Part shown: positions 44,452 through 53,352 of the stretch, one piece after another
Layout of the letters: each line of letters starts with the position of its first letter
How positions within the stretch are numbered: position 1 is the stretch's first letter
From: Candidatus Moraniibacteriota bacterium
GTDB taxonomy: Bacteria; Patescibacteriota; Minisyncoccia; Moranbacterales; UBA1568
Assembly (NCBI GenBank): GCA_018499985.2
Contig: JAHBAT020000015.1
Coordinates: 17,059-81,058 of the forward strand
Direction of reading: 5' to 3'
DNA length: 64,000 bases
The notes under the pieces: model-generated
The model's input: only the letters and a program-made list of their open reading frames with translations
Database searches by the model: none
Told to the model about the DNA's origin: nothing
Translations under genes and position numbers: made by a program

Positions 44452-45639
44452 ATGAAGATTCTTGTTATTGCGCCGACGCCGTTTTTTTCTGATCGCGGTA
44501 CGCATATTCGTATTTTGGAGGAGGCTTATGCTCTTGAGGACAGAGGACATGAGATCACACTTGCTACATACCATATAGGCAAAGAATTACCAAAAGATTT
44601 GCATTCAAAAATAGATGTGCGACGTATTCGCCGTTTACTTTTTTGGTACAAGAAACTTGAAGCTGGCCCAGACTGGCAAAAGATTATTTTGGACTTACTC
44701 CTGATTAAAAAAGTTTTTTTCTTGGCGCGGACAAAGCGACCAGAGATTATCCACGCTCATCTTCATGAGGGAGTGCTTATTGGCTGGCTCGTTCAGAAAA
44801 TACTCTTCTGGCGTAACATTCGGCTTGTAGCAGACTTCCATGGAAGCTTGACCAAAGAAATGGTATCTCATGCCTATCTCAAACAATCAATGCTACAGAA
44901 AATTTTTCGTGCTGTAGAGGTATGGATAGACAATATGGGCGATGTGGCAGTGGCTAGTTCTTGGGATAATGCCGAGGAAATCAGTGCAGTGCGCAAAGAA
45001 GGGCAAGTCACTGTACTGCCTGATGGAACTCGCCTCAGAATGTTTGATGGCTTGCCAGATAAGCAAACTATTCGTGAGACATATGATGTGCCAGAGAATA
45101 AGGTGGTGGTGGCATACACGGGTGCTCTGATACCAAACAAGGGAATCAAGCTTTTCTTGGAGGCGATACCACTTTTGGCTACGAGATATACCAATGTGCA
45201 TTTTGTGGTAGCAGGCTTTCCTGTGGATCAGATTACGGATTATATAGCTACAGAGGTCTTTCAAAATCGGGTGACCATTGTTTCGCCGCTACCATACTAT
45301 GACTTGCCAAAGGTTCTTCGTATGAGTGATATCGGAGTAGACCCCAAAGATGCTTCAGTACGTCAAGCCAGTGGCAAGACACTGCAGTATATGGGAGCAG
45401 GTCTTCCGGTGGCGGTGTTTGATACAGAGAATAATCGTGAGTACTTGGCCGAGGGAGGGACTTATGCCAAAGAGGCTACAGCTGAAAGTTTGGCTCTGGC
45501 TATCGGAGAACTTGTAGAATCAGAAGAGCTTAGAAAAAGTCGTGGAGAGATTTGTCGTAAGCGTGCAGAGGCGTTTAGTTGGGAGCACACTGCAGAATTA
45601 GCTGAAGGTTTGTATCAAAATATTTTGAATCACAAATAG
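44452..45639 (+). CDS. Glycosyltransferase, GT4 family
   Basis: 395 aa: MKILVIAPTPFFSDRGTHIRILEE...VVAYTGALIPNKG... GT-B fold motifs. Confidence 0.85.
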   Translation: MKILVIAPTPFFSDRGTHIRILEEAYALEDRGHEITLATYHIGKELPKDLHSKIDVRRIRRLLFWYKKLEAGPDWQKIILDLLLIKKVFFLARTKRPEIIHAHLHEGVLIGWLVQKILFWRNIRLVADFHGSLTKEMVSHAYLKQSMLQKIFRAVEVWIDNMGDVAVASSWDNAEEISAVRKEGQVTVLPDGTRLRMFDGLPDKQTIRETYDVPENKVVVAYTGALIPNKGIKLFLEAIPLLATRYTNVHFVVAGFPVDQITDYIATEVFQNRVTIVSPLPYYDLPKVLRMSDIGVDPKDASVRQASGKTLQYMGAGLPVAVFDTENNREYLAEGGTYAKEATAESLALAIGELVESEELRKSRGEICRKRAEAFSWEHTAELAEGLYQNILNHK

Positions 45640-45640
45640 G

Positions 45641-46813
45641 ATGAAACTTTTACTGATAAAAATTGGGAAGGCCTGGAGCGTACTTCGGCGCGATGGTATC
45701 AAGTCTGGTGGAAGGCGCATTTTTTCTGCTCTCGGTTCATTTACCAAAAGTATCCCAGAAGGAGAGATACTACTTGTTTCTGGTGGCGTAGGAGACAGTG
45801 CTCGCTATCGCACCAAACATGTAGCCGAAGAGCTCAACTTACATGGTTTTCGTGCGAGCTATACCGTGCAGGATAGCCCATTTTTTAGTGAGACAGTTGA
45901 GCGCTTTCGGGTAATTGTTTTTCACCGAGTGGTCTTTACTGAGTCTGTTGCTCGCTATATTGCTCGAGCCAAGGAGCTTGGACGGACACTTCTTTTTGAG
46001 ACTGATGACCTGGTCTATGATCCCAAGTATCTTCATCTTATGGACTACTATACTAAGATGAATAGTCTAGAGAAGAAGCTGTATGAAAATGGTGTAGGGG
46101 GAGAAATCCTGGCTGACCCGTATGTCGAGTATGCTACGACCTCGACGAGTTTTCTCAAGCGTAAGCTTGAAGAGCGAGGGAAGAGGGTGTTTCTTGTGAC
46201 CAATAAGATGTGTGAAGAAGATGTAGCCTGGGCTGAAGAAATTCGCATGAACACAAAGAGGGATGTAGATACTGTAAGAATCTCGTACCTTTCGGGCACT
46301 CCAAGTCACAACAAGGATTTCGCGACTATTACAGGTGCATTGATACGGATTCTTGGAGAATTTCCTCAGGCGCGTCTGGTGTTGGCAGGTCCTTTAGATA
46401 TGGAGGATATGCTCAATCAATACACGGAGCAGATTATTCGTGTGCCATTTGCACCTCGCAAGGAATACTTTGCTACAGTAGCAAGTGCTGATATCAACGT
46501 AGCGCCACTGGAGATGGACAATGATTTCTGTGAAGCCAAGAGCGAGCTCAAGTTTTTTGAGGCAGGACTTCTCGGTGTGCCGACGGTCGCTGTAGCCAAT
46601 GAAACATATAGGGGGGCTATCACAGATGGAGTAGATGGATTTGTAGCGGCTACCGAAGATGAATGGTATGAGAAATTGAAACTGCTTATAGTAGATACAG
46701 AGCTTCGAGAAAACATGCGACAAAAAGCACTCGAGACAGCATTGGCGCGCTATACGACCAAGCAGGCCACCTCACCTGAATACTATGATTTTTTGAGAAG
46801 TATTTTGAAGTAA
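45641..46813 (+). CDS. Glycosyltransferase (GT-B/GT4-like)
   Basis: 390 aa, with a C-terminal half resembling GT-B (ISYLSGTPSHNKDF...NVAPLEMDNDFCEAKSELKFFEAGLLGVPTVA). Confidence 0.7.
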   Translation: MKLLLIKIGKAWSVLRRDGIKSGGRRIFSALGSFTKSIPEGEILLVSGGVGDSARYRTKHVAEELNLHGFRASYTVQDSPFFSETVERFRVIVFHRVVFTESVARYIARAKELGRTLLFETDDLVYDPKYLHLMDYYTKMNSLEKKLYENGVGGEILADPYVEYATTSTSFLKRKLEERGKRVFLVTNKMCEEDVAWAEEIRMNTKRDVDTVRISYLSGTPSHNKDFATITGALIRILGEFPQARLVLAGPLDMEDMLNQYTEQIIRVPFAPRKEYFATVASADINVAPLEMDNDFCEAKSELKFFEAGLLGVPTVAVANETYRGAITDGVDGFVAATEDEWYEKLKLLIVDTELRENMRQKALETALARYTTKQATSPEYYDFLRSILK

Positions 46814-47040
46814 GTTTTTGGGAGGTTTTTCAAAAAAATCTCTCATTCGAGAAAGAATTTTTTAGAAATTTATAGAGTAGTTTTCTAAAGCAATTTTTCT
46901 TCGGGACGCTTAAATTTTCCTGCGAAATTTTTCGCTCTGCTTTTTTCTTAAAACTATTATCGACAACAATAGACCGAGCTTTTAAGAAAAAAGAACCCCT
47001 CTGAAAAATTCTTAGAAAACTTCTGAGACTCCATACTTCA

Positions 47041-47081
47041 AAATAAAAACAGACCCCGAGGAACAGATGTTCCAAGGGGTC
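47041..47081 (-). terminator. Intrinsic terminator for the 47115-47513 ORF
   Basis: Plus-strand stem gacccc (47052-47057) pairs with ggggtc (47076-47081). On the minus strand the hairpin is followed by tgtttttattt. Confidence 0.65.
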
Positions 47082-47114
47082 GTGTTTTGGCCTGGGTTCA
47101 GGCGGGGGTAGGGT

Positions 47115-47513
47115 TTAGATGATGCGGCGGTTTCTCCTGTAGCAGCTCTCCGCCTTCTTCTGTGAGCCAAACACAGGCCGGAGGAGGTTGTTTCTGGCGA
47201 GAAGAAGGTAGTGATTTGGATCATCGGCGGTAAGGCCGATCATAGTTTCCTCATCGCAGAGGAAATGCCTGTGAAGATGAGGTCCGCCGAGAAATTGATC
47301 CTGAAACAGGGCTTCAATGTCGACATCGTTTAGCGGCAGAGCATTGGCCGGAGGACGGAATGGAATGATAATCATCACAAAGGCAATAAGTCCCCCGAGG
47401 GCACCGTAGTACCACTTGCTTTTGTTCATCATCCAGAGCATTGCGCCAGCACCGATAAAGATGCAGAGCATCATGGGGCCAGCAGAACTGTAAAGAAGAA
47501 AGTTGGTAAGCAT
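47115..47513 (-). CDS. Hypothetical small membrane protein (GC-shifted ORFan cassette)
   Basis: 132 aa with two N-terminal TM segments. A consensus promoter lies upstream and a terminator downstream. A sampled 60-nt line is about 52% G+C. Confidence 0.55.
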   Translation of the reverse strand: MLTNFLLYSSAGPMMLCIFIGAGAMLWMMNKSKWYYGALGGLIAFVMIIIPFRPPANALPLNDVDIEALFQDQFLGGPHLHRHFLCDEETMIGLTADDPNHYLLLARNNLLRPVFGSQKKAESCYRRNRRII

Positions 47514-47565
47514 GGAAATCTCTCCCTGTTGAGTTGTAAATGTGCAAACTTGGTACTTAGATTAT

Positions 47566-47594
47566 ATTATACTCTTATTTTATAGTTTTGTCAA
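47566..47594 (-). promoter_or_regulatory. Consensus sigma70 promoter for the 47115-47513 ORF
   Basis: The minus strand reads TTGACA (47589-47594), a 17-nt spacer, then TATAAT (47566-47571). Confidence 0.6.
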
Positions 47595-47670
47595 TACTTC
47601 AGTAAGATGACTTTTTGCTTAAAATAGAGCATAATAGAGAAGTATTCTTGTAATTCGTATTGATTTTTAT

Positions 47671-48678
47671 ATGGCAAAGAAAACAGAGAAAAGAAAAAAG
47701 CAGACAGTCTTAGTAACTGGAGGCGCTGGCTTCATAGGAAGCGCTACAACGAAGGCTTTGATTGATAGGGGAGATAGAGTGGTTATTATTGATAACTTCA
47801 ATGATTACTATGACCCTACGATTAAAGAAGACCGTATCAAGGTACTTCTCAAGGGATACAAGAAATCAGCAAAACTTCCCAATGGTTATACAATCTACCG
47901 CGGCGATATCCGTGATGCAAAACTTTTAGAGAAGATTTTTAAGAAAGAAAAGATTGATAAGGTAGTGCACTTAGCCGCCATGGCTGGTGTGCGTAACTCA
48001 CTTCGTGACCCAGGTCTCTATGTCGATGTCAATATCGTAGCCACTACTTTGCTTCTTGATATGGCGGTGAAGTACAAGATCAAGAATTTTGTGTATGCTT
48101 CCTCTTCTTCTGTTTATGGTAATAACACCAAGCTCCCATTTTCTGAGAGCGACCCAGTTGATACGCCTATTTCACCGTATGCCGCTACCAAGAAAGCGAC
48201 AGAGCTTATCGCACATGTGTACAGTCATATCTACAAACTACCGACTACAGGCCTCCGCTTCTTTACGGTCTATGGTCCATGGGGACGACCAGATATGGCA
48301 CTCTTTTTGTTTACCAGGAGTATCCTTTCGGGTGAGCCTATTTCAGTATTCAATCGTGGCAAGATGAGTCGCAATTTCACTTATGTCGATGATATTGTGG
48401 CAGGTATTCTCACTACTCTTGATGCCAATCTTCCGTACGATGTAGTCAATATTGGAGGAGACCGTGAGGAGACCCTTCTTCGCTTCATCGAAGTGATTGA
48501 AGAAAATCTTGGCAAAAAAGCTAAACGTAAATTGATGCCTATTCAACCAGGAGATGTCCCAAGTACTGTGGCTGATATAGCAAAGCTCCGTAAGCTTGGC
48601 TGGGCACCTACCACACAAATTGAGCGCGGTATAGAACAGTTTGTTAATTGGTATAAGATGTATTATCAAATAGACTAA
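47671..48678 (+). CDS. NAD-dependent nucleotide-sugar epimerase/dehydratase (SDR family, UDP-glucuronate 4-epimerase-like)
   Basis: 335 aa: VLVTGGAGFIGSA Rossmann motif and the catalytic YAATK. Confidence 0.88.
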   Translation: MAKKTEKRKKQTVLVTGGAGFIGSATTKALIDRGDRVVIIDNFNDYYDPTIKEDRIKVLLKGYKKSAKLPNGYTIYRGDIRDAKLLEKIFKKEKIDKVVHLAAMAGVRNSLRDPGLYVDVNIVATTLLLDMAVKYKIKNFVYASSSSVYGNNTKLPFSESDPVDTPISPYAATKKATELIAHVYSHIYKLPTTGLRFFTVYGPWGRPDMALFLFTRSILSGEPISVFNRGKMSRNFTYVDDIVAGILTTLDANLPYDVVNIGGDREETLLRFIEVIEENLGKKAKRKLMPIQPGDVPSTVADIAKLRKLGWAPTTQIERGIEQFVNWYKMYYQID

Positions 48679-48687
48679 TTTTGTTTG

Positions 48688-48715
48688 CCCCGTTAGAAAA
48701 TTATTTCTAACGGGG
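48688..48715. repeat. Perfect 12-bp inverted repeat carrying the recurring CCCCGTTAGA motif (possible terminator or operator)
   Basis: ccccgttagaaa (48688-48699) pairs with tttctaacgggg (48704-48715), loop atta. No T-run follows. Confidence 0.5.
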
Positions 48716-48754
48716 TGAAATTGGTACAGAGACTATTTTGAAGTGTAATAAAAT

Positions 48755-49477
48755 ATGGCACTCTTAGAGATCAAAAATCTAACCAAGACCTATGAGAGCG
48801 ATGGAGTGCGTACGGAGGCCCTCAAAGAGGCAAGTTTTACGGTAGAGCCAGGGGAATTTGTCGCTATTATGGGGCCATCAGGATCTGGTAAGTCTACCTT
48901 GATGCAAATTCTTGGCTTGCTTGACCGTGCCACCAGCGGACAGTATGTCTTGGCTGGTGAGGATGTGACCACTCTTACTGATGATGAGCTTGCTCTTCTT
49001 CGTAATGAGCGTATCGGCTTTGTCTTCCAATCATTCAACCTGCTCCCACGTACAAGTGTTTTTGAAAACGTGGAGTTGCCACTCTTGTATGCAAGTAAGC
49101 TTCCGGCCGACGCCAGGGCTCGAGTAGACGCAGCACTCTTGGCTGTGAGCATGGACCATCGAGCAGAGTATTTTTCTAACCAGCTCTCTGGAGGAGAGAA
49201 ACAGCGTGTAGCTATTGCAAGGGCTTTGGTCAATAATCCAGATATTATTTTTGCTGATGAGCCAACGGGTAACCTGGACTCCAAGTCCGGCCTTCAGGTA
49301 ATGAAGATTCTCCAGAGACTTAACAATGAAGGTAAGACAATTATCCTTGTGACTCATGAGACTGCGACAGCGGAGCATGCCTCACGTATCCTTCGTATGC
49401 TTGATGGTACGCTTGTCAGTGATGAAAAAGTAGTAGCCAGAAGAAATGCTCTTGATGCCACTGATTTGATTAAATAA
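48755..49477 (+). CDS. ABC transporter ATP-binding protein (MacB/LolD type)
   Basis: Walker [10 protein letters not shown], signature [15 protein letters not shown], Walker [13 protein letters not shown]. Confidence 0.93.
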   Translation: MALLEIKNLTKTYESDGVRTEALKEASFTVEPGEFVAIMGPSGSGKSTLMQILGLLDRATSGQYVLAGEDVTTLTDDELALLRNERIGFVFQSFNLLPRTSVFENVELPLLYASKLPADARARVDAALLAVSMDHRAEYFSNQLSGGEKQRVAIARALVNNPDIIFADEPTGNLDSKSGLQVMKILQRLNNEGKTIILVTHETATAEHASRILRMLDGTLVSDEKVVARRNALDATDLIK

Positions 49478-49548
49478 TTTACCCCGTGAAATCTCGTGAA
49501 GCGAGTGCTCCCATGGAGCTATTCTACTGGGGAGAACTGATTTACAAA

Positions 49549-50790
49549 ATGAAAATTACTGGTCCTCTTCGTATTGCATATAACTCTTTACTTACCGCCA
49601 AGCTTCGGTTTTTTTTGACAGTACTGGGTATTATTATCGGTGTGGCAGCTGTCATTATGGTAATGGGTATTGGAGCGAGTGCTCAGGGCTTGGTGTTGTC
49701 GCAGGTCAAAAAAGTAGGGTCTGATTTGATAGCTGTTTTACCTGGTGCTTCGGAAGAAAGTGGTCCGCCAGCTTCGGCTTTTGGTATTGTGACAACGACT
49801 TTTACCTACAGTGATTTAGAAAAGATGCGCGAGAGACGCTATGCGCCGCATCTAGAAGTGGTGTCTGGATACGTATCTGGAAGCGCTACCCTAGAGTCTA
49901 AGCGTGAGAGCTATGAGGTGAGTTATCAGGGTGTTTCGCCAGACATGATAGCGGTAGAGAGTCTTGATTTGGAAGTAGGAAGGTTTTTTTTGGCTGAAGA
50001 AGAAACAGATCTTTCTCGAGTGATTGTGCTTGGTGCTACGCGAGCCAAAGAATTTTTCCCCAATGGTGACGCTGTAGGTCAGACTATGAAGCTCAATGAC
50101 TTGCCTTTTCAGGTAGTGGGCGTTTTGTCAGAAAGAGGCTCAACAGCTTTTTCTAATCCAGATACATTGGTATACGTACCTCTCATGACAGCGCAGAAGT
50201 TACTCCTTGGCATCAATTATCTCAATTTTGCTCGTGCCAAGGTAGACGATGTAGCCAATATCGAGCGTAGCCGTGCAGACGTGACAGCGCTTCTCCGTCA
50301 GGAGCATGACCTTGAGGATGGTGAAGAGGATGATTTTTCAGTTCGAAGTACAGCGGCGGCTTTGGGGATTTTGACTTCTATTACTAATATCCTGAAATAT
50401 TTTCTTATTGCTATTGCTTCGCTTTCACTCTTAGTGGGAGGTGTAGGTATTATGAACTCCATGTTGATCTCAGTTTCTCAGCGAGTGCGCGAGATAGGTC
50501 TTCGCAAGGCTGTGGGAGCAAGGCCGCATCACATCATTACACAATTTTTGATTGAGTCAGTATTTATCACGCTTTGTGGCGGTATACTCGGGATTATTTT
50601 TGGAGTGGGACTGACATATGTCGCGAGTATTATTATTGTGAAGCTTGGTTATGAGTGGGAATTCATGGTGCCACTTGTCTCGCTTGCCTTGGGATTAGGA
50701 GTGTCATTTGTCATTGGGCTCGTCTTCGGAGTATATCCAGCTCTTAAGGCCTCAAGAGTAAGTGCTATGGAAGCTTTAAGGAACGAATAA
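49549..50790 (+). CDS. ABC transporter permease (FtsX/MacB-like)
   Basis: N-terminal TM, a periplasmic MacB-type domain, and a C-terminal FtsX domain (VGGVGIMNSMLISVSQRVREIGLRKAVGA). I prefer the ATG at 49549 over the GTG at 49486. Confidence 0.88.
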   Translation: MKITGPLRIAYNSLLTAKLRFFLTVLGIIIGVAAVIMVMGIGASAQGLVLSQVKKVGSDLIAVLPGASEESGPPASAFGIVTTTFTYSDLEKMRERRYAPHLEVVSGYVSGSATLESKRESYEVSYQGVSPDMIAVESLDLEVGRFFLAEEETDLSRVIVLGATRAKEFFPNGDAVGQTMKLNDLPFQVVGVLSERGSTAFSNPDTLVYVPLMTAQKLLLGINYLNFARAKVDDVANIERSRADVTALLRQEHDLEDGEEDDFSVRSTAAALGILTSITNILKYFLIAIASLSLLVGGVGIMNSMLISVSQRVREIGLRKAVGARPHHIITQFLIESVFITLCGGILGIIFGVGLTYVASIIIVKLGYEWEFMVPLVSLALGLGVSFVIGLVFGVYPALKASRVSAMEALRNE

Positions 50791-50794
50791 CAGT

Positions 50795-52048
50795 ATGAAA
50801 AGAATTTTTCTAGCACTTCGCTTTGCTCTCCATACGATTGTGTCACATAAGGTCCGCACGGTCTTGGCCCTTTTGGGTGTGGTCATTGGAGTTTTTTCGG
50901 TAGTAGTGGTGATGACGCTCGGTGAAGGAGTGAAGAGTTTCGTGTTGGGACAAGTAGAATCATTTGGTGGCAATGTGATACAGGTAGAAGTAAAAGTCCC
51001 AAGCACAGGAGCTATGTCGTCGGACAATGCTTCTTCGCGGGGACAGGGGACGCAAATTACGACACTTATTGTAGATGATAAAGATGCTATCAAGAAGCTT
51101 CCCAATATCACTTCTGCGTATGCAGGCACTATTGGTCAGGAGCGAGCAACATACGGATCTGTAGGCAAGCGTATTCTTTTGTTTGGCGCCAGTCATGAGG
51201 TTCCCTTGGTTGATGAAAAAATTGTAGTAGAAGAAGGGAGATTTTATACCGAAGATGAGGCTAGCAATGGAGCACGAGTAGTAGTGCTTGGTGCAGGGGT
51301 AAAAGAAACTTTTTTTGGTACCGGAGATGCTATTGGAGAGAGTATCACTATGCGGGGAGAGAAATATCGTGTAGTCGGAGTCCTTGAAGGTCGAGGATCG
51401 GCTGGTTTTTTTGATTTGGATAGCCTAGCATATGTCCCTGTAGAGACGCTTCAGAAAAAGATACTCGGAGTGGATTATGTGCAAATGATTTCTGTGCAGG
51501 TAAAAGATATATCAGAAGAAGAGCAAACAGTGGCAGATATTGTGGGACTGCTCCGTAAGCGTCATGATATTACCAATCCAGATAAGGATGATTTTTCAGT
51601 CACTTCTACCAAGCAGGTCCAAGAAACACTCAATGATGTTTTGGGATCGCTCACTATCCTTCTCTTAGCTTTGACGTCGATTACACTTGTGGTGGGTGGA
51701 GTGGGTATTATGAATGTGATGTATGTATCTGTGGCAGAGCGTACGAGTGAAATAGGTCTCCGCAAGGCTTTGGGAGCGACATCACAAATGGTACTCACGC
51801 AGTTTCTTTTGGAGGCGCTCATCATCACCTTGTTTGGCGGTATAGTAGGTATTATTTTGGGTGTAGGTGCAACCCTTGCTCTGGGAGTAGTATTCAAAGC
51901 ACTTGGGTTTGCATTTAGTTTAGCTTTTTCTTGGAAGTCGCTTCTTCTTGGGGCCGGGTTCTCTCTTTTGGTAGGGGTAGTCTTTGGTTTGGCTCCGGCG
52001 TATCGAGCTGCCAAGCTTTCGCCGATGGAGGCTCTCCGAAAAGAATAG
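50795..52048 (+). CDS. ABC transporter permease (FtsX/MacB-like), second paralog
   Basis: Same architecture as the first permease: VGGVGIMNVMYVSVAERTSEIGLRKALGA. Confidence 0.9.
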   Translation: MKRIFLALRFALHTIVSHKVRTVLALLGVVIGVFSVVVVMTLGEGVKSFVLGQVESFGGNVIQVEVKVPSTGAMSSDNASSRGQGTQITTLIVDDKDAIKKLPNITSAYAGTIGQERATYGSVGKRILLFGASHEVPLVDEKIVVEEGRFYTEDEASNGARVVVLGAGVKETFFGTGDAIGESITMRGEKYRVVGVLEGRGSAGFFDLDSLAYVPVETLQKKILGVDYVQMISVQVKDISEEEQTVADIVGLLRKRHDITNPDKDDFSVTSTKQVQETLNDVLGSLTILLLALTSITLVVGGVGIMNVMYVSVAERTSEIGLRKALGATSQMVLTQFLLEALIITLFGGIVGIILGVGATLALGVVFKALGFAFSLAFSWKSLLLGAGFSLLVGVVFGLAPAYRAAKLSPMEALRKE

Positions 52049-52085
52049 TAAGTATTTTTCTGTATTTAAAAATGGGAGAGTAAGC

Positions 52086-52114
52086 TTTACAGAAAGAGTA
52101 AACTGTGCTATAAC
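52086..52114 (+). promoter_or_regulatory. Candidate sigma70 promoter for the three-mini-ORF cassette
   Basis: TTTACA (52086-52091), 17-nt spacer, TATAAC (52109-52114). Confidence 0.5.
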
Positions 52115-52150
52115 AGTAACACCTTTAACAACAGAGAAGAGGATAACTGT

Positions 52151-52357
52151 ATGTGCGGTGGCGCAAGCAAGGTCATGATTCGTACCCTCAATTTGCCGAG
52201 CGATGTGGAGAGTCGTCTGCTTTCCAATGGTCTCGGGACCGCTCAAGCCCTTATCGATGAGGGCAAGGCAGGACTTGAAGCCTTGGGGATTTCCCCGGAT
52301 GATATCCTTGGGATTAGCGAGGCTGTGAACAAGGAAACTGGGATGGCCATCGACTGA
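52151..52357 (+). CDS. 68-aa helix-hairpin-helix mini-protein resembling the RNA polymerase alpha C-terminal domain
   Basis: SD gaagagga lies upstream. IRTLNLPSDVESRLLSNGLGTAQALIDEGKAGLEALGISPDDILGISEAV follows the L.L....N.L...G..T...L pattern of the alpha-CTD. High GC3 in this frame by hand count. Confidence 0.5.
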   Translation: MCGGASKVMIRTLNLPSDVESRLLSNGLGTAQALIDEGKAGLEALGISPDDILGISEAVNKETGMAID

Positions 52358-52375
52358 CGAGAGGGGTAATTCTTT

Positions 52376-52564
52376 ATGTCTAGCAATAGGCCGATTCACG
52401 AAATTGTGGATCATGAAGATTTGCCCAGCGTCCTTCATGGCATGGGCATTCGTTTCGAAGAAGACCTGAGAGAAGCTCTTCAGCACAATTCCCTCTCCGG
52501 GAGAATTGCTGAAAGTGACATCGCTCGCTTGCGAGAGATTGTCAGTCCGCGAAGCTTTGGTTAA
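52376..52564 (+). CDS. 62-aa mini-protein, possible helix-hairpin-helix paralog
   Basis: SD gagagggg lies upstream. DLPSVLHGMGIRFEEDLREAL...SDIARLREIV. Confidence 0.45.
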   Translation: MSSNRPIHEIVDHEDLPSVLHGMGIRFEEDLREALQHNSLSGRIAESDIARLREIVSPRSFG

Positions 52565-52580
52565 GACAAGAGGGGATGAA

Positions 52581-52706
52581 TTGAAATGGGTAAAAGTTGT
52601 CGAAGAACTCCGTCGCAGGATGAACTTCTGGCTATCGAAAAAGCCAAGATTCCTCTGCGGGAAAACTCAACTGCTCGGGATCGGCGAAAAGCTCTCCGGA
52701 TTTTGA
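52581..52706 (+). CDS. Possible 41-aa HhH-like mini-protein (TTG start; frame choice uncertain)
   Basis: SD agagggga lies 5 nt upstream of the TTG at 52581. MKWVKVVEELRRRMNFWLSKKPRFLCGKTQLLGIGEKLSGF contains a GIGxK-type hairpin. This is the same frame as track ORF 52506-52706. A competing ATG ORF (52586-52732) has lower GC3. Confidence 0.3.
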   Translation: MKWVKVVEELRRRMNFWLSKKPRFLCGKTQLLGIGEKLSGF

Positions 52707-52756
52707 AAACACTGGAGGCGCCGTTCACGTAGGTAGGGGGTGGTATGAGAAAGATT

Positions 52757-52796
52757 GAGGCACCGGTGCGCAGCGCGCGCCGGGAGCCTTTTTTTA
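52757..52796 (+). terminator. Strong GC-rich intrinsic terminator closing the mini-ORF cassette
   Basis: Stem ccggtgcgc (52763-52771) pairs with gcgcgccgg (52775-52783), followed by gagcc and T7. Confidence 0.75.
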
Positions 52797-52842
52797 TATC
52801 TAAGACAGTGCTATCCTACACTATATTCATGTGCAAAATTTT

Positions 52843-53352
52843 ATGAAGTTACCTGTTTTTAAACCGTTGTATTTTTTGTTGAAAATGTGTGGTCTGCCGG
52901 TGGAGTGGGAAGTCTCTGTAGGGAGTGCTATCTACCGTGAGGTACCAGAAGGGCGCTTGTATCTTTTGCTTCAGTATCCGAGTGGGCACTATGATTTCGC
53001 CAAAGGTCATGTAGAGTCTGGTGAAACAGAAGAGCAAACCCTGAGGCGTGAAACGGAAGAAGAAACGGGAATCAATGATCTGACAATACTCACATCACGC
53101 GTCAGTATTCGTTATTACTATGTTGCCAAAGGCAACGAAAAAATCCGTCGCGAAGAAGAAGGACGAGGCATCTATATTTTTAAGCAGGTACATTTTTATC
53201 CAGCTGAGACCAAGACGGCAGAAGTAAAGCTTTCGCATGAGCATATAGGCTATACGTGGCTGCCATTTGAGGAAGCAGTCAAGAAGGTGACCTTTGAAAA
53301 TGCTCGACGCGTGATCCGCCTTGCCGAAGAAGAGGCTTTGGAGAAGAAATAA
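52843..53352 (+). CDS. NUDIX hydrolase
   Basis: Nudix box GHYDFAKGHVESGETEEQTLRRETEEETGI. The start is uncertain: GTG 52831, ATG 52843 or ATG 52885. Confidence 0.88.
   Translation: MKLPVFKPLYFLLKMCGLPVEWEVSVGSAIYREVPEGRLYLLLQYPSGHYDFAKGHVESGETEEQTLRRETEEETGINDLTILTSRVSIRYYYVAKGNEKIRREEEGRGIYIFKQVHFYPAETKTAEVKLSHEHIGYTWLPFEEAVKKVTFENARRVIRLAEEEALEKK

Noticed and set aside
46830-47075. 81-aa ORF in the AT-rich spacer, and the idea that the spacer is a replication origin.
   Set aside because: The ORF is Phe/Lys/Ser-rich AT-driven noise with no SD. Only one imperfect DnaA-box-like word (ttatcgaca) is present, and no dnaA or dnaN gene is nearby.
52586-52732. Alternative 48-aa ATG ORF (MGKSCRRTPSQDELLAIEKAK...) as the third gene of the mini-ORF cassette.
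   Set aside because: By hand count its third-position G+C (about 46%) is lower than in the overlapping TTG-started frame (about 59%). That frame also has better SD spacing and an HhH-like GIGEK motif. The choice stays open, so the called ORF carries low confidence.
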